IMG/VR virus record: IMGVR_UViG_3300046660_000488
Coordinates: 408,640 to 472,639 of that record
Length of the DNA stretch: 64,000 bases
Reading direction: 5' to 3' (one strand)
Source: a virus
Numbering within the stretch: position 1 is the first letter of the stretch; each line of letters begins with the position of its first letter. The notes beneath the pieces were generated by a model. That model ran no database searches and was not told where the DNA came from. It was given only the letters and a program-made list of their open reading frames with translations. Positions 48,460 to 58,062 of this stretch are shown here, piece by piece. The position numbers were made by a program, and so were the translations under genes.

Positions 48460-49357
48460 AACTCGCCATGCTATCCCCGGTTTGGTGGCCACCTCACCGA
48501 GGAATTCCTGTGGCCGTTCATCACGGCCGAATGTTCCGGCTACTGGGGGCTCTTTTTCACGAGTGGTCTAATCTCGCTACTAGACAGCCCTTTCCACCGT
48601 GGACGTTAGACCGAATGGGGACCAACCCATCCTTTTTCACGCCCGTCTTGCTTGCGGGTGGGACGCGACCCCCACTGTCTGCATTGCCAACCGGATGAAC
48701 CGGGCTCTCCGCAAATTCTGTTGCCGTTTCCGGCGAATGGCTGACACGGGCAATCCTACTTCCCACCGTCGCGGGTGTCGGATGCTCCTATGAAACCATG
48801 TCGGCCTCGAACCGATCCTCCCCCGATCAGGGGGCACACTACCCGTTGTGCTACAGCTTCCGTGTCCAAAGGGAGTCTATAGCCTCCCAGAGGTTGTTGC
48901 TCATGCGAGCGAATTTTGACCAGCGATTGACATCAGCAGCGCTACTTCAATCACGAACGAGGTGGGGGCGCCAGTCCCCACTTTCCCCAGTGTTTGCTGG
49001 GGTCTTATAAGCTGATAGATCACTCGTTCTACGCTTGGTCGTTCAGCAGTCGGCGCCGCTCAAGAGACAGCACCGTCGCCTACACTTGGATGCCCATGCG
49101 GGCAAATGGTTATGCGCGGGCGGATTTATACCACCGGCCTCCCCGTTGGAAACGGGCTCTCTCGCCCTCCGACCGTTTACTGACAGGTGCGTTTGCAACC
49201 GCGCCCTGCGTTCAACGTATCGAAGCCCAACGACGTCATGGTCACATCCGACTAACGGCGGGTAGTTTACCCCATGCCAGTTCGTTGCCTGAGCTACGCG
49301 CAACTTTGATGCCCATGCGGGCAAATTGGTACGCAGATGGGGTTTCCCGAGGAAACT

Positions 49358-49424
49358 ATACCGGTTGGATTCGAACCAACGCGCACGAGCAATGCTCGCT
49401 GCTCTCCCGCTGAGCTACGGCCCT
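49358..49424 (-). tRNA. tRNA-like element (canonical 5' half and T-arm; acceptor 3' strand mismatched)
   Basis: On the minus strand: AGGGCCG-TA-GCTC-AGCGGGA-GAGC ... GTTGG-TTCGAAT-CCAAC. The middle is CGAGC-ATT-GCTCG, a 3-nt loop rather than an anticodon loop. Confidence 0.3.
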
Positions 49425-50477
49425 TCAATCATGTGGGGATTGTAACCCCTGCACCGCCGAACGGGCACGATCATCTACGATCTCGATTTCCATCCTGTTT
49501 CGTCAACCGGTCGTCCAGAACCGATGCTCGAAGCATCAGAGACCCATCACCACTGACCACCCGCATTGCGCGGGTGACGGGGATTGAACCCGCCGGTCTC
49601 ATTCTTTTCGATCCTTGTACTTCGGACCCATAAACGACCGATTGACGGAACAGGATAGAATGTCTTGAACTTTGCATGTAACCAAATCTCGACTATCGCC
49701 GCAGTGTTGCACACCGCGTGGGACTGTCTCCCACTGTTCTCCGTCCAAAAGCTGGCAATACGCCGCCCTCGCATCAAGCAGGGCGTGGGGCATTCTCCCA
49801 CTGCAAATCGGTTAGAACCTGCCCTATTCCGCTCCCGCTGTGCGGGAGGTGGTCATCACCACTGAATTGGTTACAAGCAAAATCCAAGTTGTTGTTGATG
49901 CGAGACCGCCGACCATCTGCACAAGCCCGAAGGCGGCATGATCGTTCGGCGGTCTCGCCTCACCACGTCTCACAATGTCAAAGAACCCTTCCGAGGAAGG
50001 TGTCAGTGGGTTGCCCCGCCAACGTTTGAACCGTATACTTGAGTGCCAAGTTGAAGTCAAGCACTCATTTCGAATTTCGTGAAGGTTTCTTTCCCACCTA
50101 CAAAGTCAGCCTTTCGGCAGTTGCTTCTAAACGCCCAGCCCCGCGCTTCTTAGGGTCGAAACCCTCCACGTCACCCGAAGGTGAAAGGCTTATCCAACTG
50201 GCAGATTCAAACCGTCCCAACCCGTGTCGGACCTTGCGGGCAATTATTGAGACGTACCGGGCCTGCTGATCCAAGTGGGAACACAGGAGGCATCCGCTTT
50301 ATCCCAGACCGGATTATTCTGGTCAACGAGAAAACGACGGCCCCGACGCGAATGCACGAGTGAGGGGTGTCGAACCCCCACAGACCGCTTTCGGTTCCCG
50401 TTCTGCCTGCTGGTCGGCCCGGCATAATAGGTACTACGATCACCCGTGCATTCACGACGAGGCCGTCGCTTCGAAGA

Positions 50478-50756
50478 TTAGGGGACGACGCCGTCCTTGT
50501 ACAGGTTGCGGTCCACACTGATGTAGATCGCTTCCCAGCCCGCGTCGCGCGCCAGCGTGACCATGGCGTTGAAGATGCCGTCGCTGACCGGGCCGCTGGC
50601 GCGATGCTCGACGAACTTCCGCCACGCCTTGGTCGCATCGGTCGAGACCGCCAGCGACGCCGCTTCGAGATCGACGCGCGGCTTGCCCATGGCCGGAACC
50701 GTCCGGCCAATGATGTAGGCCGACGTCCAGTCCGGCTTGGTGACCTCGTCGGTCAT
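50478..50756 (-). CDS. hypothetical protein
   Basis: A 92-aa ORF. Confidence 0.4.
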   Translation of the reverse strand: MTDEVTKPDWTSAYIIGRTVPAMGKPRVDLEAASLAVSTDATKAWRKFVEHRASGPVSDGIFNAMVTLARDAGWEAIYISVDRNLYKDGVVP

Positions 50757-50995
50757 GCGTCTTCCTTCTCGACCACCGCCATGGCGGCGGTCAGGGTTTC
50801 GACGCCGTCGATGAAGCAGGCTTCCTCGGCGTCCACGTCGGACGGATAGCTATCCCACTGGTAGCCCGGCACGCCCGGCTTGCGGTGGCTGTCCTTGATC
50901 CATCCGCCATGGGCCGGAGAATGCTCCCAGCCCAGCTTTTTGGCGGCGGCCGTCCACACCTTGTGTGCAGCGGCATGGTCGATGCCTTCGGTCAT
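50753..50995 (-). CDS. hypothetical protein
   Basis: An 80-aa ORF. Confidence 0.4.
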   Translation of the reverse strand: MTEGIDHAAAHKVWTAAAKKLGWEHSPAHGGWIKDSHRKPGVPGYQWDSYPSDVDAEEACFIDGVETLTAAMAVVEKEDA

Positions 50996-50997
50996 GG

Positions 50998-52284
50998 TCA
51001 GAATTCATCCTTCTCGCGGAAGTTGGTACGGAACCCGAAACGCTGCTCGAAGGCAACCTTCATCCAGTTTTCGGCGAACCAGACTTCGAAGCCGCCGAAG
51101 TAGCTGTCCTTGCGGGCATAGACCGTGGCGTTGACGCACTTGGCCCAGCGGCGGATTTCGGCGAGCTTGGCGTCGCACTCGTCGAACGTGGTGTAGTCGC
51201 GGTCCAGACGGGTGAACGGCAGGGGCGCGACCGAACCATCGGCGTTCAGCATCGGGACCGGCCGCTCGATCAGCCATTCGCCCGCGCCGAGATCGGCGCC
51301 GTGCATGGTGATGAATTGCTCCATGCCCTCGTTGGCCGCCTTCTTCCGCATCTTCTCGACGGCGTAGTGCGACCGGGCGCGAGCCTCGACCGGGTCCTCG
51401 TGGACCTGACCTTCGTAGGGCGACTCGTAGGTCTTGCCACGCCACAGTTCGCGGCCGGTCGCCCGGTCGATGTAGGCGAAATAGGTCTCGTAGGCGACGG
51501 GCTTGGGCTGCTGGTCGTCGGGCAGGGGGACTTCCTCCCAGACCAATTCGGTCCGGGGCTTGGGCGGATAGCCGTAGGCCGGATAGGCGTTCCCGTACTC
51601 GTCCATTTCGAAGACGTGGGGGTAGCCGTTCTTCTTCGCGGCCATGTAGTCGCGCGTGCTCATCGCGCCGCCCGGATGGCGGCCGTTGTCGCGATAGCGG
51701 TCATCGTCGTCGCGGACCGTGCGGCGAACCTGCACGCGCTCGGTCAGTTGCCTCGGCGAATTCAGTTCGTACCAATTGGCGGGCCTGATCTGCTCGACGA
51801 CGTAGCGAGGCCAGAACGACACCGTCGCCGACCGGTCGTAGAACGCGCCCTTGTAGAACATCGAGCCGCGCTTGCGGCCTTGCTCGTCGTACAGGGTGGA
51901 CCACATCGAATGGTCGTCGGCCCGCATTTCCCAGCCCGGTGGGAAGGTGACGTTGACGAACAGGTCGTCGATTTCCTTGCCGTAGGTGAAGCCGAACGAC
52001 TCGGCCGTGGCGCGGGTCTCGGCCTCGTCAGCCAGCGTGTTGGCCTTGGCGCGTTCGTCGTAGAACGCGGGATCGCGGTGATAGCGCGGCAGGCGATCTT
52101 GGCGACCGGTGGCGCGACGTTGCTCGCGCGCTTCCTGCGCTTCAATCCCACCCGGTGTGGCGGCGGCCAGCACGTTCTCGATTTCCTGCGCGCCACCACC
52201 GGCGGCGAGGGTCATCCCCAGCAGCATGTCCAATCCCGAACGCAAATCCAGCCTCCACAAATCGGTTGAAGAAGCCCTAGACAT
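50998..52284 (-). CDS. hypothetical protein
   Basis: A 428-aa ORF with the start chosen at MSRASSTDLW. It is Tyr/Trp/Arg-rich. Confidence 0.45.
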   Translation of the reverse strand: MSRASSTDLWRLDLRSGLDMLLGMTLAAGGGAQEIENVLAAATPGGIEAQEAREQRRATGRQDRLPRYHRDPAFYDERAKANTLADEAETRATAESFGFTYGKEIDDLFVNVTFPPGWEMRADDHSMWSTLYDEQGRKRGSMFYKGAFYDRSATVSFWPRYVVEQIRPANWYELNSPRQLTERVQVRRTVRDDDDRYRDNGRHPGGAMSTRDYMAAKKNGYPHVFEMDEYGNAYPAYGYPPKPRTELVWEEVPLPDDQQPKPVAYETYFAYIDRATGRELWRGKTYESPYEGQVHEDPVEARARSHYAVEKMRKKAANEGMEQFITMHGADLGAGEWLIERPVPMLNADGSVAPLPFTRLDRDYTTFDECDAKLAEIRRWAKCVNATVYARKDSYFGGFEVWFAENWMKVAFEQRFGFRTNFREKDEF

Positions 52285-52416
52285 GACAGGTTTTACGGTA
52301 AAGTCAAGCAACAATATCATCTATGCTTGTATTTTGCTGTCGAGAAAATAATCGAATTAAGTCTGCGAGACGAAATAGGGTCGGTGGTGTCTTGCCACGA
52401 CAAATTGGAGCAACAA

Positions 52417-52782
52417 ATGGAAATGACTGCGGTACGTTTCACCATGCGACGGATCGACTTCGCCCCCTTCCACGACTGGATGGACGAGCATTACCCCGGA
52501 TGGGCCTACCACGTTGACGTCGGGCCTCTCGACAAAAGCAAAGAGCGCAGCTACCGCGCCGTTCTGGTACAATGCGGTGTGATCGCCGCGCATCCTCGCT
52601 ACATCGACCGTGACCCGCCTCTGGGCGCGGGGATGTCGATCCTGATCCCCGCCGACATGCAGCCCAAGCCGATCACGGAACGATGGGCCTTGCCCGGCTA
52701 TGCGTACGCTTACAAGTGGATTCCGGACATGGGTTGGCGAACCGTGCCGGTGTCAATGCAACTGCCGCTGACCGATAGCTAA
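52417..52782 (+). CDS. hypothetical protein
   Basis: The start at MEMTAVRF has a GGAG SD 6 nt upstream. Confidence 0.4.
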   Translation: MEMTAVRFTMRRIDFAPFHDWMDEHYPGWAYHVDVGPLDKSKERSYRAVLVQCGVIAAHPRYIDRDPPLGAGMSILIPADMQPKPITERWALPGYAYAYKWIPDMGWRTVPVSMQLPLTDS

Positions 52783-53366
52783 GCCGCGATCATGTGCTTG
52801 ATGATCGAAGTGACCTGCATTTCGGTTTCTTCGAGCGTCCCGCCGGTGTCGATGATGAAGTCGGCCATCTTGCGCTTGTCCCGGTCGGGCATTTGCTTGG
52901 CCAAGATCGTCTCGAACACCGCTGCGGTCATGTTCGGTCGAGCAAGCACGCGAGCGCGCTGGACAGAAGCTGGCGCGCTCGCTACCACCACCTTCACGCC
53001 GTCGAGGAATTTCGGCTTGCTCTCGAAGTAGAGCGGGACGTCATAGACAATCATCGGGAAGTAGGTATGCTTGCGCGCGAAGGATTCGTAGCTTTCGGTG
53101 AGCAGCGGCCCGACGAATAGTTCAAGCGCCGTCATCTTCTCCTGATCGTCCAGAACGATGGCGCGCAATTTCTTGCGGTCCACGTGATCCCAGTCGTCCA
53201 GCACGTCGCCGAACATCGACTTGATCTCAAAGGCGTGTTCAGACGAGTAAATCTCGTGCACGGCCGCGTCCGAGCAATGGACGGGGATGCCGTACTGCCG
53301 GAACATTTCGGAGATCGTGGTCTTGCCCATGCCGATGGAACCGGTGAGGACGAGCTTGGTGGTCAT
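52779..53366 (-). CDS. coaE: dephospho-CoA kinase
   Basis: The start is MTTKLVLTGSIGMGKTT, a P-loop in the CoaE position. The 195-aa length and overall CoaE collinearity fit. Confidence 0.75.
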   Translation of the reverse strand: MTTKLVLTGSIGMGKTTISEMFRQYGIPVHCSDAAVHEIYSSEHAFEIKSMFGDVLDDWDHVDRKKLRAIVLDDQEKMTALELFVGPLLTESYESFARKHTYFPMIVYDVPLYFESKPKFLDGVKVVVASAPASVQRARVLARPNMTAAVFETILAKQMPDRDKRKMADFIIDTGGTLEETEMQVTSIIKHMIAA

Positions 53367-53427
53367 GGTGGGCCTCGTGATACACACCAGCCTACCTCCG
53401 CATTGGGAATTTCGTCAACCAGATTCG

Positions 53428-53435
53428 CTAAATAC
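53428..53435 (+). promoter_or_regulatory. late-promoter-like box CTAAATAC abutting the first effector-island operon
   Basis: The box ends 4 nt before ATG 53440. There is no SD, which implies a leaderless or near-leaderless transcript. Confidence 0.45.
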
Positions 53436-53439
53436 GCCC

Positions 53440-54081
53440 ATGCGTGATTTGATCAGCCTCATGGAAAACTACATCGCTGAATGGGGCGATGAAGACGAAG
53501 ATGATCTCGATGGCGAAGGCCATTGGGGAGACGACGATGAAGCGGAAGATGAGCACGATGATCCGACTGAATATCGGACCAACGGCTATGACTTCGGCCG
53601 TCTGGGAAATTTCTATCACCAAGTGGTGGCGGCGGCCGACAGCCAGATGGATTCCGGATCGGAGATCGAGTTTTCCGATGTCCAGAATTGGGTCGAACAT
53701 CACGCTGAACTCTTCCAGCAAGGTACGATCACCGTCTTCCGCACCATGCGGCTACAGCATGGCGTCGTCGAGGCGCTGAAGGCTGGCACGGAGCTTGGCT
53801 CGCACTGGACCTACGAATTTGACGAAAGCGCTCTCGATGCCTTCGACATCAATGGTCAGGACGGTGGAACACTCTACACCTTCGCCGCGACGATCCACAC
53901 CGGGCAGGTCGCCTTCCCGCTGACCGTCGCCTACAACTGCCTCTTCCCAGAAGAGAAAGAAATCTACCCGTTTGGCCATGCGTCGCTGACGCTCATCGGG
54001 ATTTACGAGACCGAAGACATGGAAAACCCGCAGCGGGTGAACCTGCGTCCCGATCTGGTCGGTAAGGAATTTCCAATCTGA
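53440..54081 (+). CDS. effector-island protein 1 (shared N-terminal peptide MRDLISLMEN; acidic linker; unknown domain)
   Basis: The N-terminus is MRDLISLMENY. An acidic stretch follows: DEDEDDLDGEGHWGDDDEAEDEHDD. Confidence 0.55.
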   Translation: MRDLISLMENYIAEWGDEDEDDLDGEGHWGDDDEAEDEHDDPTEYRTNGYDFGRLGNFYHQVVAAADSQMDSGSEIEFSDVQNWVEHHAELFQQGTITVFRTMRLQHGVVEALKAGTELGSHWTYEFDESALDAFDINGQDGGTLYTFAATIHTGQVAFPLTVAYNCLFPEEKEIYPFGHASLTLIGIYETEDMENPQRVNLRPDLVGKEFPI

Positions 54082-55292
54082 TGCGCGAGTTCATCCAAAT
54101 CCTTCGTGAATCCTACCTCACCGATCAGATCAAGCTGGACGACAAGCTTGTCGCCGCCGTCAAGGCGCGCTTGATGAAGGGATCGTTCTACGATTACGAC
54201 ATGCCCTCGGATGAAAGCGAGTTTTTCGACGACGTCGAGGCCGCTTATCACAAGGTGCTCTGGAACACGCTGTTCAAGGACAATGCGGTAACGATCTATC
54301 GCGCCGAGCTTCGGCCGCGCGGTCGCAACTTCGGGTCCGTTGGCATCTATTGGTCGTTCCGCCCGGAAGGGGCTCAGGCGATCTATGGGCACGACCATGG
54401 CCCGGAAATCCACGGCGGCGCGGCACTGCGCGAAATCGTGTTCATGGCGTCGGCGCCGATCACGTCGGTCGATTGGATCGCCACGTTCGCGGCCAACATC
54501 GCCATGCCGAAAGAGCTTGAAATCACGCTCAAGAACAACGCGCCGTTGACCTTGGAGCAAGCGGTCGTCGGCAACCGTAAGACCACGCTGAACATCAAGT
54601 CGTTCGCCAGCAACATCACGCAGTACGACATGATGGAGACGCCGGTCAACGAAGTCGAGATCGGTGGTGGCGTCGAAGTTTCGGACCTCGACGACGATCC
54701 GGGCCACGACTACACGAACAAGCAACGCGATCTCTTCCGCGACACCCCGGCCGGTGAGCCGGAGCTTCCGCAGGGCTACAAGCTGGTCAACCGCGTCGGT
54801 GATTTCTGGGTCGCGCAGTGCCTGAAGAACATGGACCAGCACAGTGTCATGTACGTGTTCATCAAGGATGGCGCGGAGAATGCGGCTGGCTACATCGCCG
54901 CCCATAAGTGGCACATCGACAAGCTGAACTATCGTCACGAAAACATCTACCAGCCCATGTTGGGTGGCAAGGGTCTTCGGGTCGGCGCGGTGTACGTGCG
55001 CGAGCAGTATCGTGGCTCTGACCTGTCCTTGGTGATGTACAAGTGGATGCTGGAGAACGTCTGCGATTACCTGATGGCCGACAGCTTGCAGACCATGGGC
55101 GGCGTCAAGATTTGGAAGAAACTCCAAAGCCGCAAGCCGTTCCACGTCGAGGTCTGGAATGGCAATCAGGACACGACCCGCAAGCACCGTCGCGGCAAAG
55201 ACTTCGACCGCGTCTACGACAACGGCTACATGATCCCTTGGGTCACCATCGACAGCAAGTTGGACATCGTCCACTCCGATCCGTACGAGTAA
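54081..55292 (+). CDS. effector-island protein 2 (N-terminus MREFIQILRE; C-terminal GNAT acetyltransferase)
   Basis: The C-terminus VGAVYVREQYRGSDLSLVMYKWMLENV is GNAT-like. The ATG overlaps the upstream stop (TGATG). Confidence 0.55.
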   Translation: MREFIQILRESYLTDQIKLDDKLVAAVKARLMKGSFYDYDMPSDESEFFDDVEAAYHKVLWNTLFKDNAVTIYRAELRPRGRNFGSVGIYWSFRPEGAQAIYGHDHGPEIHGGAALREIVFMASAPITSVDWIATFAANIAMPKELEITLKNNAPLTLEQAVVGNRKTTLNIKSFASNITQYDMMETPVNEVEIGGGVEVSDLDDDPGHDYTNKQRDLFRDTPAGEPELPQGYKLVNRVGDFWVAQCLKNMDQHSVMYVFIKDGAENAAGYIAAHKWHIDKLNYRHENIYQPMLGGKGLRVGAVYVREQYRGSDLSLVMYKWMLENVCDYLMADSLQTMGGVKIWKKLQSRKPFHVEVWNGNQDTTRKHRRGKDFDRVYDNGYMIPWVTIDSKLDIVHSDPYE

Positions 55293-55299
55293 TGCAACC

Positions 55300-55758
55300 A
55301 TGGACATCCGCACCGCCATCAACCTGTTTGAACACGCGCCACCGCCGCCAGTCCGCAAGCACCTGCTGGCGGCCATCGCCCATGCGGACATCTACGGTGA
55401 TGCGAAATGGAAGCTAAGCCAGTTCGATCTGAAATACGTCGGGTTCCTGTCGGTCGAAGAGATCGCTCATTATGACGACGTGCATGGATGGATGGACGTT
55501 CAACAACCAAGTGATTTGGCCAATTTCCGTGACGGCGATTTCTATTTCCCTCCGGGCGAGCGCATGCCGCCTGTCATCCTGATTACGGCACCGGATGGTG
55601 AGGCAGATAGTTCGTCGCGCTTGCACAACGGCAAGGTCGCAGGCGGCTGCATGACGCAGATTGGCGATGGTCGCGGACGCATCAACTACGCTAACGCGCA
55701 CAAAGAACGCCTTCACGTCTATCACATGATCTTCAAAGGCTGCGGAGAACAAGTTTAG
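55300..55758 (+). CDS. effector-island protein 3 (N-terminus MDIRTAINLFEH)
   Basis: A 152-aa ORF in the same operon. Confidence 0.45.
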   Translation: MDIRTAINLFEHAPPPPVRKHLLAAIAHADIYGDAKWKLSQFDLKYVGFLSVEEIAHYDDVHGWMDVQQPSDLANFRDGDFYFPPGERMPPVILITAPDGEADSSSRLHNGKVAGGCMTQIGDGRGRINYANAHKERLHVYHMIFKGCGEQV

Positions 55759-55775
55759 ATTCGAGCGCTGTAGTA

Positions 55776-55807
55776 CATTGACATGCAGACCGCAGTGTGT
55801 ATGCTCT
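55776..55807 (+). promoter_or_regulatory. sigma70-like promoter TTGACA-N16-TATGCT
   Basis: ttgacatgcagaccgcagtgtgtatgctc lies directly upstream of ATG 55813. Confidence 0.35.
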
Positions 55808-55812
55808 GCACC

Positions 55813-56742
55813 ATGGACACCAGCATCTTCACGTCGATCAACGCCTGTGAACGGATCGCCGCACGGACGATACGCAACCTTGCCATATCCAGAACCCATC
55901 CGAGCGTCAGCCTGCTCGACGTTCTGAAGCCATCGTTTCACCGCATCTACGCCGCTGGCAAGCTCACCCGCGATGAACTCGCGGCCGTGACGCGCAAGGT
56001 CCGCGACAAGCTCAATCAGAGCGAAGCGGTGGTCAAGAACACGCTGATCATCGGCAACAAGCTCAGCACCCGCGACATGAACGAGGGGCAGATCGTCTGC
56101 CTGCAAGGCGCGGGCGAACAGTGGCTGGAAATGTGGGGCGTCGGCGTGATGATGTCGCGCAAGCGCATCGTCGTGTTCTCGGCGCCAGCCGAATTCAAAG
56201 TGCACCGCCACGCGCTCACCCGCTACATGGGCGGCGAGCTTCAGTATCCCGAGCACCTTGCCGCGAAACTGCTGGACGCGGCTCAACTGTCGATCCCGAT
56301 CATGGCGGCCATCCTCGCCCACCGGACGGACGACAACCTCGCCATTCCGGTCGGCGACGGCATGCTGTTTGGCAAGATCAAGCTCTTCGACGGCTACGGC
56401 GAATTCATGACCGTCCGCACGGGCCAGAACGGCGTGGGCATGGTCCCGCGTCGGCGTTCGGGGATGCTGAAGGACAGTACGACCGAAGCCAACATGATGA
56501 CCTATGTGGACGCCGACCGGATGGTCGAGTCTCGCGTTGAACTGCATGGCCTGCTCAGCGAGTTTGCCGCCAAGCACCACCGCATCTGCGCGGCGATCTT
56601 CGAGGACTGTGTGTTCGAGACGAACCGCCCCTACCAGAAAGCCATCATCGACGAATTGCAGGAGGATGCCCGCAAGCTGGTGACCAGTCCGACGTGGTCA
56701 CAGTTCGCGGGCACGGCCAACCGGGTCACCACCAGCGCTTAG
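55813..56742 (+). CDS. hypothetical protein
   Basis: The start at MDTSIFTSIN lies within track ORF 55783..56742. Confidence 0.45.
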   Translation: MDTSIFTSINACERIAARTIRNLAISRTHPSVSLLDVLKPSFHRIYAAGKLTRDELAAVTRKVRDKLNQSEAVVKNTLIIGNKLSTRDMNEGQIVCLQGAGEQWLEMWGVGVMMSRKRIVVFSAPAEFKVHRHALTRYMGGELQYPEHLAAKLLDAAQLSIPIMAAILAHRTDDNLAIPVGDGMLFGKIKLFDGYGEFMTVRTGQNGVGMVPRRRSGMLKDSTTEANMMTYVDADRMVESRVELHGLLSEFAAKHHRICAAIFEDCVFETNRPYQKAIIDELQEDARKLVTSPTWSQFAGTANRVTTSA

Positions 56743-56911
56743 GCGCTGGCTTGACCCACGGCTTGTCGCTCTTCCACGTGTGCTTGTTCAGGGTGTCGTC
56801 TTCGGGACGCCGTCCACCGATGGCCTTGGCCAGTTTCTTGAGGTTGTCGCCTCGCGCTTCGGCGTAATAGGTGTGGGACTTGACCCACAGTTCGCAGTAG
56901 AAACCACGCAT
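56726..56911 (-). CDS. hypothetical small basic protein
   Basis: A 61-aa ORF. A CCTAAATAGAGCCATGCG box lies about 90 nt upstream on the minus strand. Confidence 0.35.
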   Translation of the reverse strand: MRGFYCELWVKSHTYYAEARGDNLKKLAKAIGGRRPEDDTLNKHTWKSDKPWVKPAPKRWW

Positions 56912-57040
56912 AGTCTTTCTCCATAGCTCCGCACCGCACTGATTTGCGGTTTCAACGGAGTCATAGGAGAGGGAGTTATGGTGCTTGACGCATGGCTCTA
57001 TTTAGGATGTGGGCGCCATTGCTGACGCCCACACGGCCCA

Positions 57041-57976
57041 TTATTTCAGAGGGTAGACGCGGACGTAGTCCACGGTCATGGCCGCCGGGTAGACGCCCTT
57101 GGCCGGGTCACCGGCCGTGATGTCGCTCACCGCGACGTTCATCAGCAGGTACATCGGCTTGTCGTAGGCGAACGGCGTGCGATAGACCTCGACGTTGTTG
57201 ATGTAGAACACCAGTTCAGTCGGGGTCCACAGGACGCCGTAGGTGTTGAAGTTGGTCGTCGCCGTGGGCACGGTCGGCTGAGGCTTGGGCGACAGGGCTG
57301 TCTCGTTGCCGGTGACGCCGACGTGCACGGTGATGTTGTCCACGTTGGTGCGGTTCAGCGGCACGCCCTTCATGACCTGAATGGTCTTGTGCGGCCCGGC
57401 ATAGTGTTCGAGCACATCGATCTCCGGCAGGCGCCCGCCATTGGTCGCGGTCTTCTCGACCGGGAGCAGCCAGAACGCCGCCCACGTGCCGTCAGCCTTC
57501 GGCATCACCGCGCGCCATTCCCAGTAGCCGTAGGTCTGGGTGAAGCTGCGCTGGGTGGTCAGCAGGCCGCTGATGAAGTTGCGCGAGCCTTGGCCGCACG
57601 TTTTCTTCACGTAATCGGTGGCGCGGATGACGTTGATGCTCAGGTTGCCGTTGCCCTGATAGAAGACGTTCTGCCCGCAGTACTCGGTGTCCACGTAGAC
57701 CTGTTGCTCGCCGGTCAGGGCGCGCGACGAGAACTGTTCGGTCATGGTCAGCGGGCGGCTGGCCTTCTCACGCTGGTTGCCGAAGTAATAGTCGGTCTTC
57801 CAGACGCCCTTCGGGTTCTTTGTGCTCAGCGTGTCCAGCGGCGTGCCGTTTGGGGCGTTGAACTCAGCAGCAAAGGTTGGGGTCGGATTGAGGATCGAGC
57901 GATCCAGTGTGGCAGACATGGCTGGCGTACAAAGCATCAGAGCAATGGCCGCCGAAATGGCTTTCAAAAATTTCAT
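57041..57976 (-). CDS. secreted glycoside hydrolase family 16 (beta-glucanase/laminarinase-like)
   Basis: The signal peptide is MKFLKAISAAIALMLCTPAMSA. The GH16 catalytic motif LPEIDVLEH (ExDxxE) is present. Confidence 0.7.
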   Translation of the reverse strand: MKFLKAISAAIALMLCTPAMSATLDRSILNPTPTFAAEFNAPNGTPLDTLSTKNPKGVWKTDYYFGNQREKASRPLTMTEQFSSRALTGEQQVYVDTEYCGQNVFYQGNGNLSINVIRATDYVKKTCGQGSRNFISGLLTTQRSFTQTYGYWEWRAVMPKADGTWAAFWLLPVEKTATNGGRLPEIDVLEHYAGPHKTIQVMKGVPLNRTNVDNITVHVGVTGNETALSPKPQPTVPTATTNFNTYGVLWTPTELVFYINNVEVYRTPFAYDKPMYLLMNVAVSDITAGDPAKGVYPAAMTVDYVRVYPLK

Positions 57977-57977
57977 G

Positions 57978-58062
57978 ATATATTGGCTCCAAAAATTCAA
58001 GCCAATAGTAGTACAGTATTTACTATACTGTCAACATGAACGTTTACAGTTGTCAACGGTCG
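57978..58062 (-). promoter_or_regulatory. AT-rich promoter region for the GH16 gene (TTGACA-N18-TACTAT plus an embedded GTAAATAC box)
   Basis: On the minus strand: TTGACAgtatagtaaatactgtacTACTAT...GGAGCCaatatatcATG. The composition is strongly AT-shifted compared with the genome. Confidence 0.4.

Noticed and set aside
46930-50400. CRISPR array in the ORF-free region.
   Set aside because: Only one pair of roughly 30-nt direct repeats was found, 219 bp apart. There is no regular repeat-spacer periodicity and no cas genes.
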